From Haloferax volcanii DS2 (GTDB lineage Archaea > Halobacteriota > Halobacteria > Halobacteriales > Haloferacaceae), in the NCBI RefSeq assembly GCF_000025685.1, contig NC_013967.1, forward strand, positions 2,640,001-2,672,000: a stretch of 32,000 bases of DNA. The letters are read 5' to 3'. The notes under the pieces were generated by a model. The model did not search any database. It saw nothing but the letters and a program-made list of their open reading frames with translations, and had not been told where the DNA came from. The position numbers were made by a program, and so were the translations under genes. Below, one piece after another: positions 1 to 10,127 of this stretch (positions are counted from its first letter, which is position 1; each line of letters opens with the position of its first letter).

Positions 1-557
1 TGGCGCTGCTCGTCGAGTTCGCCGTCCGGAAGCGAGTTCGTCTGGAAGTACGGCTCGACCGACTCCATCTGGTCGTAGAAGTGCTCCATGTCGACGACGA
101 GGTCTTTGACCACGTCGGAGTGCGGGAGCGGTTCGACCCGAATCGGCTCCGAGAGGTCCGACAGTTGGGTCTTACAGCCGAGTCGCTGCGACCCGTTGAC
201 GAACAGCGCGTCGGACCCACAGATTGCCTGCCGGCAGGAGTGCCGGAAGGTAAGCGAGGAGTCGTAGTGGTCCCGTGCCCACATGAGCGCGTCGAGAATC
301 GTCATGCCCTGTTTGTACGGGACGTGGAAGTCGTCGAAGCGGGGCTCCTGTTTCTCCGGCACCTCGGGGTCGTAGCGGAAGACCTTGAGGTGGTAGGTGT
401 CGTCCGCGGAGCGCGCTTTCTCGGCCGCCTCGGCCTCGCGCTGCTCTTGGACGCGCTCGGCGCGCTCGCGCTTTTTGGCGTCGCGCTTCTGCTTGCCGGC
501 GGACGCCGCCTCCGTGGCCGATTCCTCCTCGACAGTTTCGGGAACTTGCGTGCTCAT
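1..557 (-). CDS. sdhB: succinate dehydrogenase iron-sulfur subunit, 5' part (gene continues past the left edge)
   Basis: Not in the ORF track because there is no stop in the window. Manual minus-strand translation from ATG 557..555 gives MSTQVPETVEEE..YHLKVFRYDPEVPEKQEPRFDDFHVPYKQGMTILDALMWARDHYDSSLTFRHSCRQAICGSDALFVNGSQRLGCKTQL. This matches the 2Fe-2S N-domain pattern of SdhB/FrdB. The start overlaps the sdhD stop by 1 nt. Confidence 0.85.
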   Translation of the reverse strand, partial: MSTQVPETVEEESATEAASAGKQKRDAKKRERAERVQEQREAEAAEKARSADDTYHLKVFRYDPEVPEKQEPRFDDFHVPYKQGMTILDALMWARDHYDSSLTFRHSCRQAICGSDALFVNGSQRLGCKTQLSDLSEPIRVEPLPHSDVVKDLVVDMEHFYDQMESVEPYFQTNSLPDGELDEQR

Positions 558-928
558 TAGATGGGAACACCTCCGGCCCACTCGAGGGCCGTGCGGACGC
601 CCTGCACGATGAGCAGGACGCTCGCGAGACCGAGAATCGCCTTGACCGCCGTCTTCCGGGTTCCAGAGAGACCCTGGTTGACGAGGGCGTTGTAGACGCC
701 GTTGACCCCGTGGAACGTCGCGGTGACGAGGAACAGGATCATCAGCGAGAAGTACGTCAGCTGCTCCATGCGCGCCTGCGAGAGGGCGAACGTCACTTCG
801 TCGGCGTGGTTGACGAAGTGGAGCAGGAAGAAGTGGAACGCCAGCACCACGACGAGGAAGGCGGCGGTCAGCCGCTGCCAGAGCCACCGCCGGCCGCCGG
901 GCTCGAAGGACGTGTATCGTTCTGCCAT
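557..928 (-). CDS. sdhD: succinate dehydrogenase membrane subunit D
   Basis: An internal ATG (928..926) of track ORF 557..1279 gives 123 aa, [20 protein letters not shown].., with hydrophobic helices. The upstream part of the track ORF is Arg/Gly-rich junk. The gene sits between sdhC and sdhB with 1-nt stop/start overlaps on both sides. Confidence 0.8.
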   Translation of the reverse strand: MAERYTSFEPGGRRWLWQRLTAAFLVVVLAFHFFLLHFVNHADEVTFALSQARMEQLTYFSLMILFLVTATFHGVNGVYNALVNQGLSGTRKTAVKAILGLASVLLIVQGVRTALEWAGGVPI

Positions 929-1323
929 TAGATGCTCACCCCCGAGAGGAACGTGGGGACGCTCGCAACGACGATGACACCCGTGAGGATGAGCGACGCG
1001 TAGAAGCTCTTGTCCTGTGCTTCCAGCCCGACGCCCAGGTCGACGAACAGCAGCCGCAGCCCGTTGAGGATGTGGAACACCGCCACCGCGAGCAGCCCGA
1101 CTTCGAGAATACGCACGACCAGGAGGCTCTCGAGCGCCTGAATCGTGTTCGTGTACGCCGTCGCGCCCGAGAGGGCCGTCGACAACACGGCGATGTGGGT
1201 GAAGAGATAGCCCACAAGCACCCAGCCGGTGAACTTGTGGAATATCCAGGCCCACATGCCGGCCGAGAACTCCCGCCATCTGCTGAAGTCCTCGATGAGG
1301 CCCCGATTGTAAGACTGACTCAT
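928..1323 (-). CDS. sdhC: succinate dehydrogenase cytochrome b subunit C
   Basis: 131-aa hydrophobic protein ([43 protein letters not shown]) at the first position of the sdhCDB operon. Confidence 0.8.
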   Translation of the reverse strand: MSQSYNRGLIEDFSRWREFSAGMWAWIFHKFTGWVLVGYLFTHIAVLSTALSGATAYTNTIQALESLLVVRILEVGLLAVAVFHILNGLRLLFVDLGVGLEAQDKSFYASLILTGVIVVASVPTFLSGVSI

Positions 1324-1432
1324 GCTCTTGTGAGTGTCGGGAAGGGGAGGGTATAGAACTTACGTGTATGGAGTTTCGTGAGGGTCGGCAAAAATCGCCG
1401 CCCCCGGGCGTCTCGGGTCGAGCCGAACGGTC

Positions 1433-2458
1433 TCAGCGCGTCGTTTCGGGGGAGCCGGACTGCTCGCGCTCGACGACGCGCCGCACCTTGTCTTTGAGTT
1501 CGACGAGGTGGCAAAGCGGGTTGCCGGGGTAGACGACCGGGTTTTCGAGGACGCCGACGAGCAGGCCCGTGAAGGGGGCGACGACCGTCACGTTGTCGTC
1601 CTTGAACGGGTTCGTAATCGTGCAGATGCGGTCGCCCTCGTGGACGAGCGCGCCGCGGTCGTGGTGCATGTCGACGATGCCGCCCGCGTCGGCGCGGAGC
1701 CACGTCTTCTCGTTTTCGTCGGAGATGACGGTGCGCCAGCCCGGCCAGTTGACCGTCGAGGTTCCTCGGAGGCCGTACTCGGCGAAGACGCTCTCGACGC
1801 CCGCCAGCGCCTCGTCGATGAGTTCGCGCTGGAAGCGGTGTGCCTCGCCCATCTCGACGGTGATGGCCGGCGTCCCGTTCGCGGACGACTCGGTTCGGAG
1901 CATCCCGCTGGACCCGGAGCTGTCGATGATGACGTGCGAGCCGAAGGCGTTGGCGAGGCGCGCGACCGCGGGGTCGGACATATCGGCGCGGACGTGGAGC
2001 ATGTTGGTCCGCCCCCGCGTCGAGGTATGGAAGTCGATGCCGAGGTCGCAGGGCGCGATGAAGTTCTGGTAGATGCGGTGGGCCATCCGCTTGGCCCCCG
2101 TCGAGGTCTCGGAGCCCGGAAACGACCGGTTCAGGTCGCGGTCGTAGATGGGGAGATACCGCTGTTGGGCGAGAAAGGCCGGGACGTTCATCACCGGCAT
2201 GCAGACGAGCGTGCCCGCGAGGTCCGCGAGGTCCCACTCATAGGCCACCTCGCGGACGACCTCGATACCGTTCAGTTCGTCGCCGTGAGCGGCGGCGGAG
2301 AGGAACACGGTCGGCCCCGGCGGCTCCCCGTTGATGATGGTGACGGGGATGCGAACCGGGTCCCCGAGATACGTCTCGGAGATGCCGTACCGGATGTCCT
2401 GTGTCTCGCCCGGCTCGACCTTCCCGCCGTTGTAGGTGAAGGCCTCGTTGTCGGCCAT
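1433..2458 (-). CDS. succinylglutamate desuccinylase/aspartoacylase-family (M14-like) zinc deacylase
   Basis: 341 aa with an AstE/AspA-like pattern: VFLSAAAHGDELNG (His/Glu zinc ligands), DLNRSFPG, IDFHTS. It is divergent from a RimK-type ligase, a pairing I recall as recurrent in haloarchaea. Confidence 0.75.
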   Translation of the reverse strand: MADNEAFTYNGGKVEPGETQDIRYGISETYLGDPVRIPVTIINGEPPGPTVFLSAAAHGDELNGIEVVREVAYEWDLADLAGTLVCMPVMNVPAFLAQQRYLPIYDRDLNRSFPGSETSTGAKRMAHRIYQNFIAPCDLGIDFHTSTRGRTNMLHVRADMSDPAVARLANAFGSHVIIDSSGSSGMLRTESSANGTPAITVEMGEAHRFQRELIDEALAGVESVFAEYGLRGTSTVNWPGWRTVISDENEKTWLRADAGGIVDMHHDRGALVHEGDRICTITNPFKDDNVTVVAPFTGLLVGVLENPVVYPGNPLCHLVELKDKVRRVVEREQSGSPETTR

Positions 2459-2481
2459 GTGATGCGATGGGAGGGCCGGGG

Positions 2482-2488
2482 TTATAAA
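2482..2488 (-). promoter_or_regulatory. TATA-box-like element (TTATAAA) about 27 nt upstream of ATG 2458; candidate promoter of a leaderless transcript
   Basis: TTATAAA stands out in otherwise GC-rich intergenic DNA. Its centre is 27 nt from the start codon of the 1433..2458 gene, the usual archaeal TATA-to-TSS spacing. Confidence 0.45.
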
Positions 2489-2589
2489 CGGTCGCGACGG
2501 ACCGCCCGACGCCGTCCTCGCGGCTGCGAACCGAAGGCCTCCAACTCTCGACCGTCATGTCTTTGAAACCGGGAGGATATCAACTGAGT

Positions 2590-3951
2590 ATGTCCACCAC
2601 AGACGACGCCGTGCGTGTCGGCGTGCTTTCTCTGCACAACAGTAAGGAGACGAAGGCAATCCTCAACGCGGTCGAAGACCTCGGTCACGAGCCGGTGTGG
2701 CTCCGTCGAGAGAACGCGGCGGTCAGCATCGAAGACGGCGAGGTGACAGTCGAGCCTGAGGTGGACATCATCGCGAACCGACTGCTCCTGTCGAACACCG
2801 AGGAACCCGCCGAACTCCTCGGGCTGGCGACGACGTTCAACCGCATCCGACCGATGCTCAACGAGCCGGACGCGGTTCTCGCGGCCATCCACAAGTTCGC
2901 CACGGCCGCGACGCTCGCCAACTGGAACATCCAGGTACCCGACGCGCTGCTCGCGCTCTCGAACGACCGGCTCAACAAGGGCCGCGAACGCTTCGGCGAC
3001 GTGGGCGTCTACAAGTCCGCCATCGGCACCCACGGCGGCGGGACGTGGAAGGTCGACCTGACCGAGCCCGTCAACCCGAAGGTCGGTAACCGGCAGGCGT
3101 TCCTCCAGAGGCTCATCGACCGCGACGGCGACCGCCACCGCGACCTGCGCGTCTACATCGTCGACGGCGACATCGTCGGCGCGATGTACCGCTACGCCCC
3201 GGAGGGCGACTGGCGGACCAACGTCGCCCTCGGCGGCGACGTGCTCGACGCGACCGACGAGATGCCCGATGAGGCCAAGCAGACGGCGCTCTACGCCGCC
3301 GAAGTGATGGAGATGGACTACGTCGGCGTCGACCTCGTCGAGGGCGACGACGGCTGGTTCGTCCTCGAAGCCAACCCGACGGCCGGCTTCAAGGGCCTCT
3401 ATCAGGCGACGGGCAAGAGCCCCGCACCGCACATCGCGAAGCTCGCAATCGAGCGCGCGGGCGGCGAGGCCGACGAGACGCGCGTCGAGGAGTTGTCGGC
3501 GACGCTCGACGACTCCGTCCCTTCGTGTGCCCCCAACGAGTCACCCATCATCGACGGCGAAGCGCCCCTCATCGGCTACATCGAGGAGGTCGTCGTCAAC
3601 GGGACCAGCGGCTCCCAGCAGACCCTCGCGAAGTCCGACACCGGCGCGACCCGGACGAGCATCGACACGAGCCTCGCCGCCGAAATCGGCGCGGGGCCCA
3701 TCAAGAGCATGACGCGCGTGAAGTCCGGGAGCCTCAAGAGCGGGAAGGCCCGCCCCGTAGTCGACCTCGTCATCGGTATCGGCGGCACCCAGCACACCGT
3801 GACCGCCAGCGTCGAGGACCGCTCGCACATGGACTACCCGCTGCTGCTCGGTCGCGACATCCTCGAACACTACCGCGTCGACGTGCGCCGCCGCGCCAAC
3901 GCCGACCGAAACGACAGCGACGACGAGGAAGAAGAGCTCCTCGAAGAGTAA
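2590..3951 (+). CDS. rimK: RimK-family ATP-grasp alpha-L-glutamate ligase fused to a C-terminal retropepsin-like (DTGA) protease domain
   Basis: ATP-grasp pattern (VYKSAIGTHGGGTWKV, DLRVYIVDGDIVGAMYR, GVDLVEGDDGWFVLEANPTAGFKG) followed by LAKSDTGATRTSID..LLLGRDIL. Start chosen at MSTTDDAV; the track ORF start at 2557 is an alternative. Confidence 0.8.
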   Translation: MSTTDDAVRVGVLSLHNSKETKAILNAVEDLGHEPVWLRRENAAVSIEDGEVTVEPEVDIIANRLLLSNTEEPAELLGLATTFNRIRPMLNEPDAVLAAIHKFATAATLANWNIQVPDALLALSNDRLNKGRERFGDVGVYKSAIGTHGGGTWKVDLTEPVNPKVGNRQAFLQRLIDRDGDRHRDLRVYIVDGDIVGAMYRYAPEGDWRTNVALGGDVLDATDEMPDEAKQTALYAAEVMEMDYVGVDLVEGDDGWFVLEANPTAGFKGLYQATGKSPAPHIAKLAIERAGGEADETRVEELSATLDDSVPSCAPNESPIIDGEAPLIGYIEEVVVNGTSGSQQTLAKSDTGATRTSIDTSLAAEIGAGPIKSMTRVKSGSLKSGKARPVVDLVIGIGGTQHTVTASVEDRSHMDYPLLLGRDILEHYRVDVRRRANADRNDSDDEEEELLEE

Positions 3952-4064
3952 GCCGGCCCGCCACACCGGACCACCAGCGCGGCCACCGCCGTCGAAGATG
4001 GGCGACCGCATCCGAGCACCCGAGACACGCGCACTTTTCTCTCCGACGACCCAACCACGAGTCG

Positions 4065-4646
4065 ATGAGCGACGACGCCTACCGAGAACTCCGTGCGGAC
4101 CCGAACCTCGGCGATGTGGTCGACGAACACGGCCCGCTCTCGCTCGACCCCGCCGACGACCCCTTCGAGCGACTGGTCGTCTCGATTGTCAACCAACAGC
4201 TCTCGACGACCGCGGCGGCGACGATTCGCGACCGCCTGTTCGACCGCGTCGAGGTCACCCCCGAGGGGATACTCGCCGTCGACGAGGATGTCCTGCGCGA
4301 CTGCGGCCTCTCGAACCAGAAAGTTGGCTACGTCCGCAACGTCGCCGACGCGTTCCGAGACGGCCTGTCGGCCGAGTCGTTACGAGAGATGGACGACGGC
4401 GAGGTCGTCTCGGCGCTCACCGAGATTCGCGGCGTCGGTGACTGGACCGCCAAGATGTTCCTCATCTTCGTGCTCGCCCGCGAGGACGTGTTCCCGGTCG
4501 AGGACCTCGGGATTCGTCGCGGGATGGAACACGTCTTCGGGTTCGAACAGGACGCCGTCTCCCGCGGCGAGATGCGCGAGCGCGCCGAGCGATGGGCACC
4601 CTATCGAAGCTACGCCAGCCGGTATCTCTGGCGGTGCGTGGACTAA
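4065..4646 (+). CDS. alkA: HhH-GPD DNA-3-methyladenine glycosylase II (AlkA-like)
   Basis: An internal ATG of track ORF 3525..4646 gives the acidic 193-aa protein MSDDAYRELRADPNLG.. . The HhH-GPD signature is LTEIRGVGDWTAKMFLIFVLAREDVFPVEDLGIRRG. The upstream part of the track ORF is Arg-rich junk overlapping rimK. Confidence 0.8.
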   Translation: MSDDAYRELRADPNLGDVVDEHGPLSLDPADDPFERLVVSIVNQQLSTTAAATIRDRLFDRVEVTPEGILAVDEDVLRDCGLSNQKVGYVRNVADAFRDGLSAESLREMDDGEVVSALTEIRGVGDWTAKMFLIFVLAREDVFPVEDLGIRRGMEHVFGFEQDAVSRGEMRERAERWAPYRSYASRYLWRCVD

Positions 4647-4787
4647 CTTCAGCTGGGTGGAAACGGAGTCTAGTCCGAGTAATCGATACACTGCACCCAC
4701 GTAGACCGCCAATCGAATAAACACAATCTGAGTTTACATTTCACGCGAGGGAAACGTTGAAACCGCGACGCAGTGTAACGTTCTTCC

Positions 4788-6773
4788 ATGAACGTAGATG
4801 ACGTCGACAGTATCACCGTGCTCGGAGCGGGCAACATGGGCCACGGCATCGCGGAGGTCGCGGCCCTCGCCGGCTACGACGTCGTCCTGCGCGACATCGA
4901 AGACGAGTTCGTCCAGCAGGGCTACGACAAAATCGAGTGGTCGCTGAACAAACTCGCCGAGAAGGACCGACTGTCGCAGGACGACGCCGACGCCGCGCTC
5001 GCCCGCGTCTCGACCGCGGTGGACCTCGGCGAGGCCGTCGCCGACGCCGACGTGGTCATCGAGGCCGTCCCCGAGAAGATGGCCATCAAAAAGGAGGTGT
5101 ACGCCGAGTTGGAGGAGTACGCCCCCGACCACGCGGTGTTCGCCACCAACACCTCCAGCCTCTCCATCACCGAACTCTCCGAGGTCACGGAGCGCCCCGA
5201 GCGCTTCTGCGGGATGCACTTTTTCAACCCGCCGGTCCGCATGGACCTCGTCGAGGTCATCTCCGGCGCGCACACCGCCGACGAGACGCTCGACCTCGTC
5301 GAAGACCTCGCCGAGTCGATGGGCAAGACGCCCGTCCGCGTCCGTAAGGACAGCCCCGGCTTCATCGTGAACCGCATCCTCGTCCCGCTGATGAACGAGG
5401 CCGCGTGGATTGTCCACGCCGGCGACGCGACGATGGCCGAAGTGGACGCCACGACGAAGTACGATATGGGCCTCCCGATGGGGAGTTTCGAACTCGCCGA
5501 CTACGTCGGCATCGACGTGGGCTACCACGTCCTCGAATACATGCACGAGGTGCTCGGCGACGCCTACGAACCGTGTCCGCTCCTCTCGGAGAAGGTCGAA
5601 GAAGGCGACCTCGGCCAGAAGACTGGTGCGGGCTTCTACGACTACGAGGACGGCGCGGGCGCTGAAATCCCCCACGACGAGGGGAGCGAAGCGGTCAAGA
5701 ACCGACTCCTCGGCGTCATGGCGAACGAGGTCGCCGGTCTCGTCGGCAACGACGTGGCCGACCCGGCCGCCATCGACCGCGCGGTCAAACTCGGCGGACG
5801 CTTCCCCGACGGCCCGGCGAAGATGGCCGACAGCGCCGGCATCGCCGCCCTCGTCGACGCCCTCGACGAACTCCACGACGAGACCGGCGAAGCGCGCTAC
5901 GAAGCCGTGGAGTACCTCCGCGACCTCGCCCAGTCGGGCGAGGGCTTCTACGGCGACGGCGGCGAGGACGAATCCGGCGACGCTCCCGCGTTCGACGCCA
6001 TCGCCGTCGAGGTGCGCGACGGTGTCGGCCACATCACCCTCGACCGGCCGCACCGACTCAACACCATCAGCGTCGAACTGATGGACGAACTCTCGGAGGC
6101 AATCGACCTGTGTGCCGACGACGACGAGGTTCGAACCGTGCTCCTCACGGGAGCCGGCGACCGCGCGTTCTCCGCCGGTGCCGACGTGACCAGCATCGCC
6201 GCGGGCGGCGGCGACCCCGTCGAGGGCGTCGAAATCTCGCGGAAGGGCCAACAGACGTTCGGAAAGCTCGAGGAACTCGACAAGCCGGTCGTCGCCGGCA
6301 TCGACGGCTTCTGTCTCGGCGGCGGGATGGAACTCGCCATGTGCGCCGACCTCCGCATCGCCACGGAGCGCTCCGAACTCGGCCAGCCCGAGCACGACCT
6401 CGGCCTCCTTCCCGGCTGGGGCGGCACGGTCCGCCTCCAGCGCATCGTCGGCACCGGCCGCGCGAAGGAGATTATCTTCAGCGCCGACCGCTACGACGCC
6501 GAGACGATGGCCGACTACGGCTTCGTCAACGAGGTCGTCGAGAACGACGACGACTTCGAAGAACGGGCCTTCGAGTACGCGAAGCGGTTCGCACAGGGTC
6601 CGCCGGTCGCCCAGCGCTACACCAAGCGCGCCATGCACAACGGCTGGGAAGACACTGATTCGGGACTGGAAGTCGAAGCGCAGGCGTTCGGTCTGCTGTT
6701 CACCACCTCGGACTTGATGGAGGGCGTCGCCGCCTTCACGAGCGACCGCGACCCCGAGTTCACGGGCGAGTAA
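4788..6773 (+). CDS. bifunctional 3-hydroxyacyl-CoA dehydrogenase / enoyl-CoA hydratase (FadB-like fusion)
   Basis: 661 aa. N-terminal Rossmann fold (VLGAGNMGHGIA) with HCDH motifs (FATNTSSLSIT, GMHFFNPP). C-terminal crotonase fold (LTGAGDRAFSAGADV, GGGMELAMCADLRIA). Confidence 0.9.
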   Translation: MNVDDVDSITVLGAGNMGHGIAEVAALAGYDVVLRDIEDEFVQQGYDKIEWSLNKLAEKDRLSQDDADAALARVSTAVDLGEAVADADVVIEAVPEKMAIKKEVYAELEEYAPDHAVFATNTSSLSITELSEVTERPERFCGMHFFNPPVRMDLVEVISGAHTADETLDLVEDLAESMGKTPVRVRKDSPGFIVNRILVPLMNEAAWIVHAGDATMAEVDATTKYDMGLPMGSFELADYVGIDVGYHVLEYMHEVLGDAYEPCPLLSEKVEEGDLGQKTGAGFYDYEDGAGAEIPHDEGSEAVKNRLLGVMANEVAGLVGNDVADPAAIDRAVKLGGRFPDGPAKMADSAGIAALVDALDELHDETGEARYEAVEYLRDLAQSGEGFYGDGGEDESGDAPAFDAIAVEVRDGVGHITLDRPHRLNTISVELMDELSEAIDLCADDDEVRTVLLTGAGDRAFSAGADVTSIAAGGGDPVEGVEISRKGQQTFGKLEELDKPVVAGIDGFCLGGGMELAMCADLRIATERSELGQPEHDLGLLPGWGGTVRLQRIVGTGRAKEIIFSADRYDAETMADYGFVNEVVENDDDFEERAFEYAKRFAQGPPVAQRYTKRAMHNGWEDTDSGLEVEAQAFGLLFTTSDLMEGVAAFTSDRDPEFTGE

Positions 6774-6859
6774 CCGGCCGTCGTGGGAGGGTTCCTCTCA
6801 CTCACCCACGATGGAACGCAACGCTTAAAATAGTCCAACGACCACTCGTGAATGCAGAC

Positions 6860-6934
<75 letters not shown>

Positions 6935-7091
6935 TCTCAAGGCTTCTACCGCCTGTTTTTCCGTGGTCTAGGAGAAACAGCAAATGGTCCATTTAGGCCA
7001 AACACGTTCGTCGTACCGTTCCCGTAGCACCGTTGTTCCCCCTTGTAGACGGTCGTCTGTTGCCACAACAGGGGTTTGGAGGCGACAGTAG

Positions 7092-8246
7092 ATGCCGTCT
7101 AAATCCAATGAAGGGGCCAAGGAGGATACAGACGGTGAGACAGCCAAAGTCTGTAAAGCGCCCCTTGTGACTGAACCTGCCCGAAAACAGCTGAATCAAA
7201 GACAGGTTGTAGACTACAAAGAAGAAAGGCGGTCATTGTTAACGTGGCTTCGAGACATAGGAAAGAACCCGTCACGGGGGAAGGGCTATGCATCAGATAC
7301 AGTCTACAACCGTGCTTATCGCATCGATGCGTTCTACCGATGGGTTTGGGAATTTGAAGGGGCCTACACAACCACCCTGACGACGGACCATGCTGATGCC
7401 TACTGTCGTGAGTTACTTGCGGGTGACTACTCGGATAACCACCGTGCAAACACACAGAAAGCCCTCAAATCCCTATTCAAGTGGCGTCAATACCAACGTG
7501 GGGGTGACAAGTGGGAACCTACGATAACCCTCACAGGCGCACCACCCTCACGACAGCCTAAGGATTTCTTTGAAAAAGATGAACGAACAGCATTGCGGGA
7601 AGCCGCCTTAGAATATGGTACTGTTCCACACTACAACAGCCTTAGTGCTGATGAACGTCAGATATGGAAACGACACTTGGCCCAACGGTTCGGTATCCCC
7701 GTTGAAGGCGTCAATGCGGATACGTTTGAACGGGCAAATGGCTGGAAAATACCGTCCTTGGTACAAGCTACGTTAGACGGTGGGCTTCGACCGAAGGAAG
7801 TTGGTCGGGCAAGAGTGTCGTGGGTCGATACGGACAATAACGTCCTCCGTATTCCACCCGAGGACGCTACAAAGAGCAATGACTCTTGGACGGTCGCAAT
7901 CCGACCACAAACGTCACAAGCACTACAACGGTGGATTGGTGAACGAGAGTGCTATGACAAGTATAGTGGAACAGACAGATTATGGCTAACAAGAGAGTCA
8001 AATCCATACGGTTCTACCTCCCTGAATCGACTCTTAGAAAATCTGTGTGAACAAGCTGAAATTGATACCACACACAGGGACCTAAGTTGGTACTCAATTC
8101 GGCATAGTGTCGGTACACTCCTGACTAACGAACGTGACTTAGAAGCCGCAAGAGTACAATTGCGTCACCAGTCACGGACAACGACCATGAAGTATGATTC
8201 TGTATCGACTGACGACAGACGAGACGCATTAGATAGAATCGGATAG
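7092..8246 (+). CDS. tyrosine recombinase / phage-type integrase (int1)
   Basis: 384 aa. C-terminal catalytic pattern: GGLRPKEV (Arg), WYSIRHSVGT (R-H), LRHQSRTTTMKY (His..Tyr). Lies 158 nt downstream of the tRNA. Colinear paralog of 10635..11738, but the gene is clearly AT-richer than the rest of the window. Confidence 0.85.
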   Translation: MPSKSNEGAKEDTDGETAKVCKAPLVTEPARKQLNQRQVVDYKEERRSLLTWLRDIGKNPSRGKGYASDTVYNRAYRIDAFYRWVWEFEGAYTTTLTTDHADAYCRELLAGDYSDNHRANTQKALKSLFKWRQYQRGGDKWEPTITLTGAPPSRQPKDFFEKDERTALREAALEYGTVPHYNSLSADERQIWKRHLAQRFGIPVEGVNADTFERANGWKIPSLVQATLDGGLRPKEVGRARVSWVDTDNNVLRIPPEDATKSNDSWTVAIRPQTSQALQRWIGERECYDKYSGTDRLWLTRESNPYGSTSLNRLLENLCEQAEIDTTHRDLSWYSIRHSVGTLLTNERDLEAARVQLRHQSRTTTMKYDSVSTDDRRDALDRIG

Positions 8247-8255
8247 TCCTCACTC

Positions 8256-8266
8256 TTTTTTCTTTT
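8256..8266 (+). terminator. T-run (TTTTTTCTTTT) right after the int1 stop; archaeal-type terminator candidate
   Basis: Oligo-T tract 10 nt after the stop codon at 8244..8246. Confidence 0.4.
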
Positions 8267-8729
8267 ATAAGGACCAAGTACAGTAGATGTTAATGTAGAA
8301 AGCTTCCTTGGAGATTGAGATTGTGATAGATATGGTTCAACGGTTCGTCCTCGAAATACTTTCAGCATTTCTCGTCCTCACGTTGAACCGTTCCCGCAAA
8401 CAGCACAGTACAAATCACAACGTATCTGATAGGTGGAATTGTGACCGCCCTCGGGTGGGGTAGGGTTTTATGAGCCGATTTTGCTGTCTAGCGATATTGG
8501 GGAATTTATTGCCGCATTGTTTGTTAGGCGGATTGGGATTATTTAACATCGATTAGAAATCCGTCGAGTGGGGTTCTAGTGGTGACTACCCTTGGGGTTT
8601 TGTCTCCAAGATGGTGGTTAGCTACTCTAAATATAACCAGTACCAAATTTTGCAAACAAATTGAATAGCTATCAAAATTATTAAATAATTTGGAATCGGT
8701 GATAAACCTCCGCCGTATATTACGATTCT

Positions 8730-10127
8730 CAGTACCTCACAAAGCCGTTTAGTTAGAAGGTCTGCTTGCTGAAGATGTGTCCAACAACCAGCAAACAGAC
8801 GATGAAATCCACGAGGACCAGCTCCTTAACTTCCTCGTCAACTCTCTTGACGAGGAAGTTGCTCTCTCACTCGCTGAAAACGCTGAACTCGATGCTGAAG
8901 ACATCTACGAGGTCCTCGTCGGCGCCTGCGCCGACGGGACCTCGGTCTCTACACTCTGCAAGAGAAGCGAAGATGCACCTCACGAAAACTCGGTTCTCTA
9001 CCATCTCCGCACCAAGTTCGACCTCGAGACGCTCGAACAAATCGGGAACACGCTCCTCCAGAAAGACGTTCTCGACGTCCTTCCCCAGCAGGTGGAGGTC
9101 TGCGCAGACCTCCACCTGCGGCCCTACTACGGCGACGAAGACGATACAGACGGCCTGTATCACTCACAAGCGAAGCGTGGAACCACCGCGTTTCACGCGT
9201 ACGCGACACTGTACGCACGCGTGAAGAACAAACGCTACACGCTGGCGGTGCGCCGTCTCGAAGACGGCGACACCGCCAGCAGTGTCCTCGCAGAGTTCCT
9301 CGGTATTCTCGACGGCCTTGACCTCGGTGTCAAGGCCGTCTATCTTGACCGCGAATTCTACGACAGCAAGTGTTTGACGCTGCTTCAGGCGCACAACCAC
9401 GCCTACGTCATGCCGATCGTCCGCTGGGGACGGACGATCAAGCGAGAACTCTCAGAAGGGTGGAGTCGCGTGATTCAGCACAGTCTGACAGCGAAACTCG
9501 ACGGTCACAGCTGGACCGTCGAGTTTCCCGTCTACATCGACTGTACCTACCAGAACGGACGGTACGACGAACATGGCGTGGCGCGTCACGGCTACGCCGC
9601 TGACGCGCCGTTCATCGACTCACCACGGGACGCTCGATACCACTACGCGAAACGCTTCGGTATCGAGGCAAGCTATCGACTCTCCGAGCAAAGTATCGCG
9701 ACGACCTCGACACAAAATCCGGTCGTACGGCTGTTGTACGTCGTGGTGAGCCTGCTGTTACAGAACGTCTGGCGGTATTTGCACTGGGAGTACGTGGCGA
9801 CGCCCCGCCGTGGGGGGCGTCGCCTCTGGGAGTGGTCGTTCAAGGAGTTCATCAATATGGTCCGTCGAGCAGCGTGGACGGCCCTCGCGGTGCGTCGGGC
9901 CGTCCCCGCGAACCGACCACCAGACGACCGGTTCCACCGGTAACTCCCGACCGGGCTAGCCAACAGTGGGAGTGGCGACGCTGTCGCGTCGGCGGCAGCC
10001 GCCGCCGACAGCGACGGCTCTCCGCCGATCCGTCCATGATTCTGTCGTCGAGACCGCCAATGCAACCGCTCGGCCACAGAATTCAGGCTTCAGAGACAGC
10101 TAGGCGAGGATGCTTTGTGAGGTACTG
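8730..10127 (+). mobile_element. ISH3/IS4-superfamily insertion sequence, copy A (1398 bp)
   Basis: 16-bp terminal inverted repeats: CAGTACCTCACAAAGC (8730..8745) and GCTTTGTGAGGTACTG (10112..10127). One transposase ORF. A near-identical second copy lies at 11879..13279. Size and IR length resemble the ISH27/ISH51 group as I recall it. Confidence 0.85.
8777..9943 (+). CDS. DDE transposase of IS copy A
   Basis: 388 aa with candidate DDE residues (ADLHLRPYYGD, AVYLDREFYD, YAKRFGIEASYR = Y-x2-R-x3-E). The track start is GTG and the true start is uncertain. Confidence 0.85.
   Translation: MSNNQQTDDEIHEDQLLNFLVNSLDEEVALSLAENAELDAEDIYEVLVGACADGTSVSTLCKRSEDAPHENSVLYHLRTKFDLETLEQIGNTLLQKDVLDVLPQQVEVCADLHLRPYYGDEDDTDGLYHSQAKRGTTAFHAYATLYARVKNKRYTLAVRRLEDGDTASSVLAEFLGILDGLDLGVKAVYLDREFYDSKCLTLLQAHNHAYVMPIVRWGRTIKRELSEGWSRVIQHSLTAKLDGHSWTVEFPVYIDCTYQNGRYDEHGVARHGYAADAPFIDSPRDARYHYAKRFGIEASYRLSEQSIATTSTQNPVVRLLYVVVSLLLQNVWRYLHWEYVATPRRGGRRLWEWSFKEFINMVRRAAWTALAVRRAVPANRPPDDRFHR

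Noticed and set aside
81-570. Track ORFs 81..560 (+) and 172..570 (-)
   Set aside because: A different minus-strand frame gives a clean SdhB N-terminus, and these two translate to Arg-rich junk.
4734-6638. 634-aa minus-strand ORF, and similar long antisense ORFs (e.g. 1508..2566 +, 2482..3432 -, 1320..2237 -, 15107..15982 -, 17356..18252 -, 19070..20740 -, 21236..21982 -)
   Set aside because: Their translations are Arg/Gly/Val/His-rich and low in complexity. They lie antisense to convincing acidic, motif-bearing genes. This is the usual stop-poor antisense frame of high-GC DNA.
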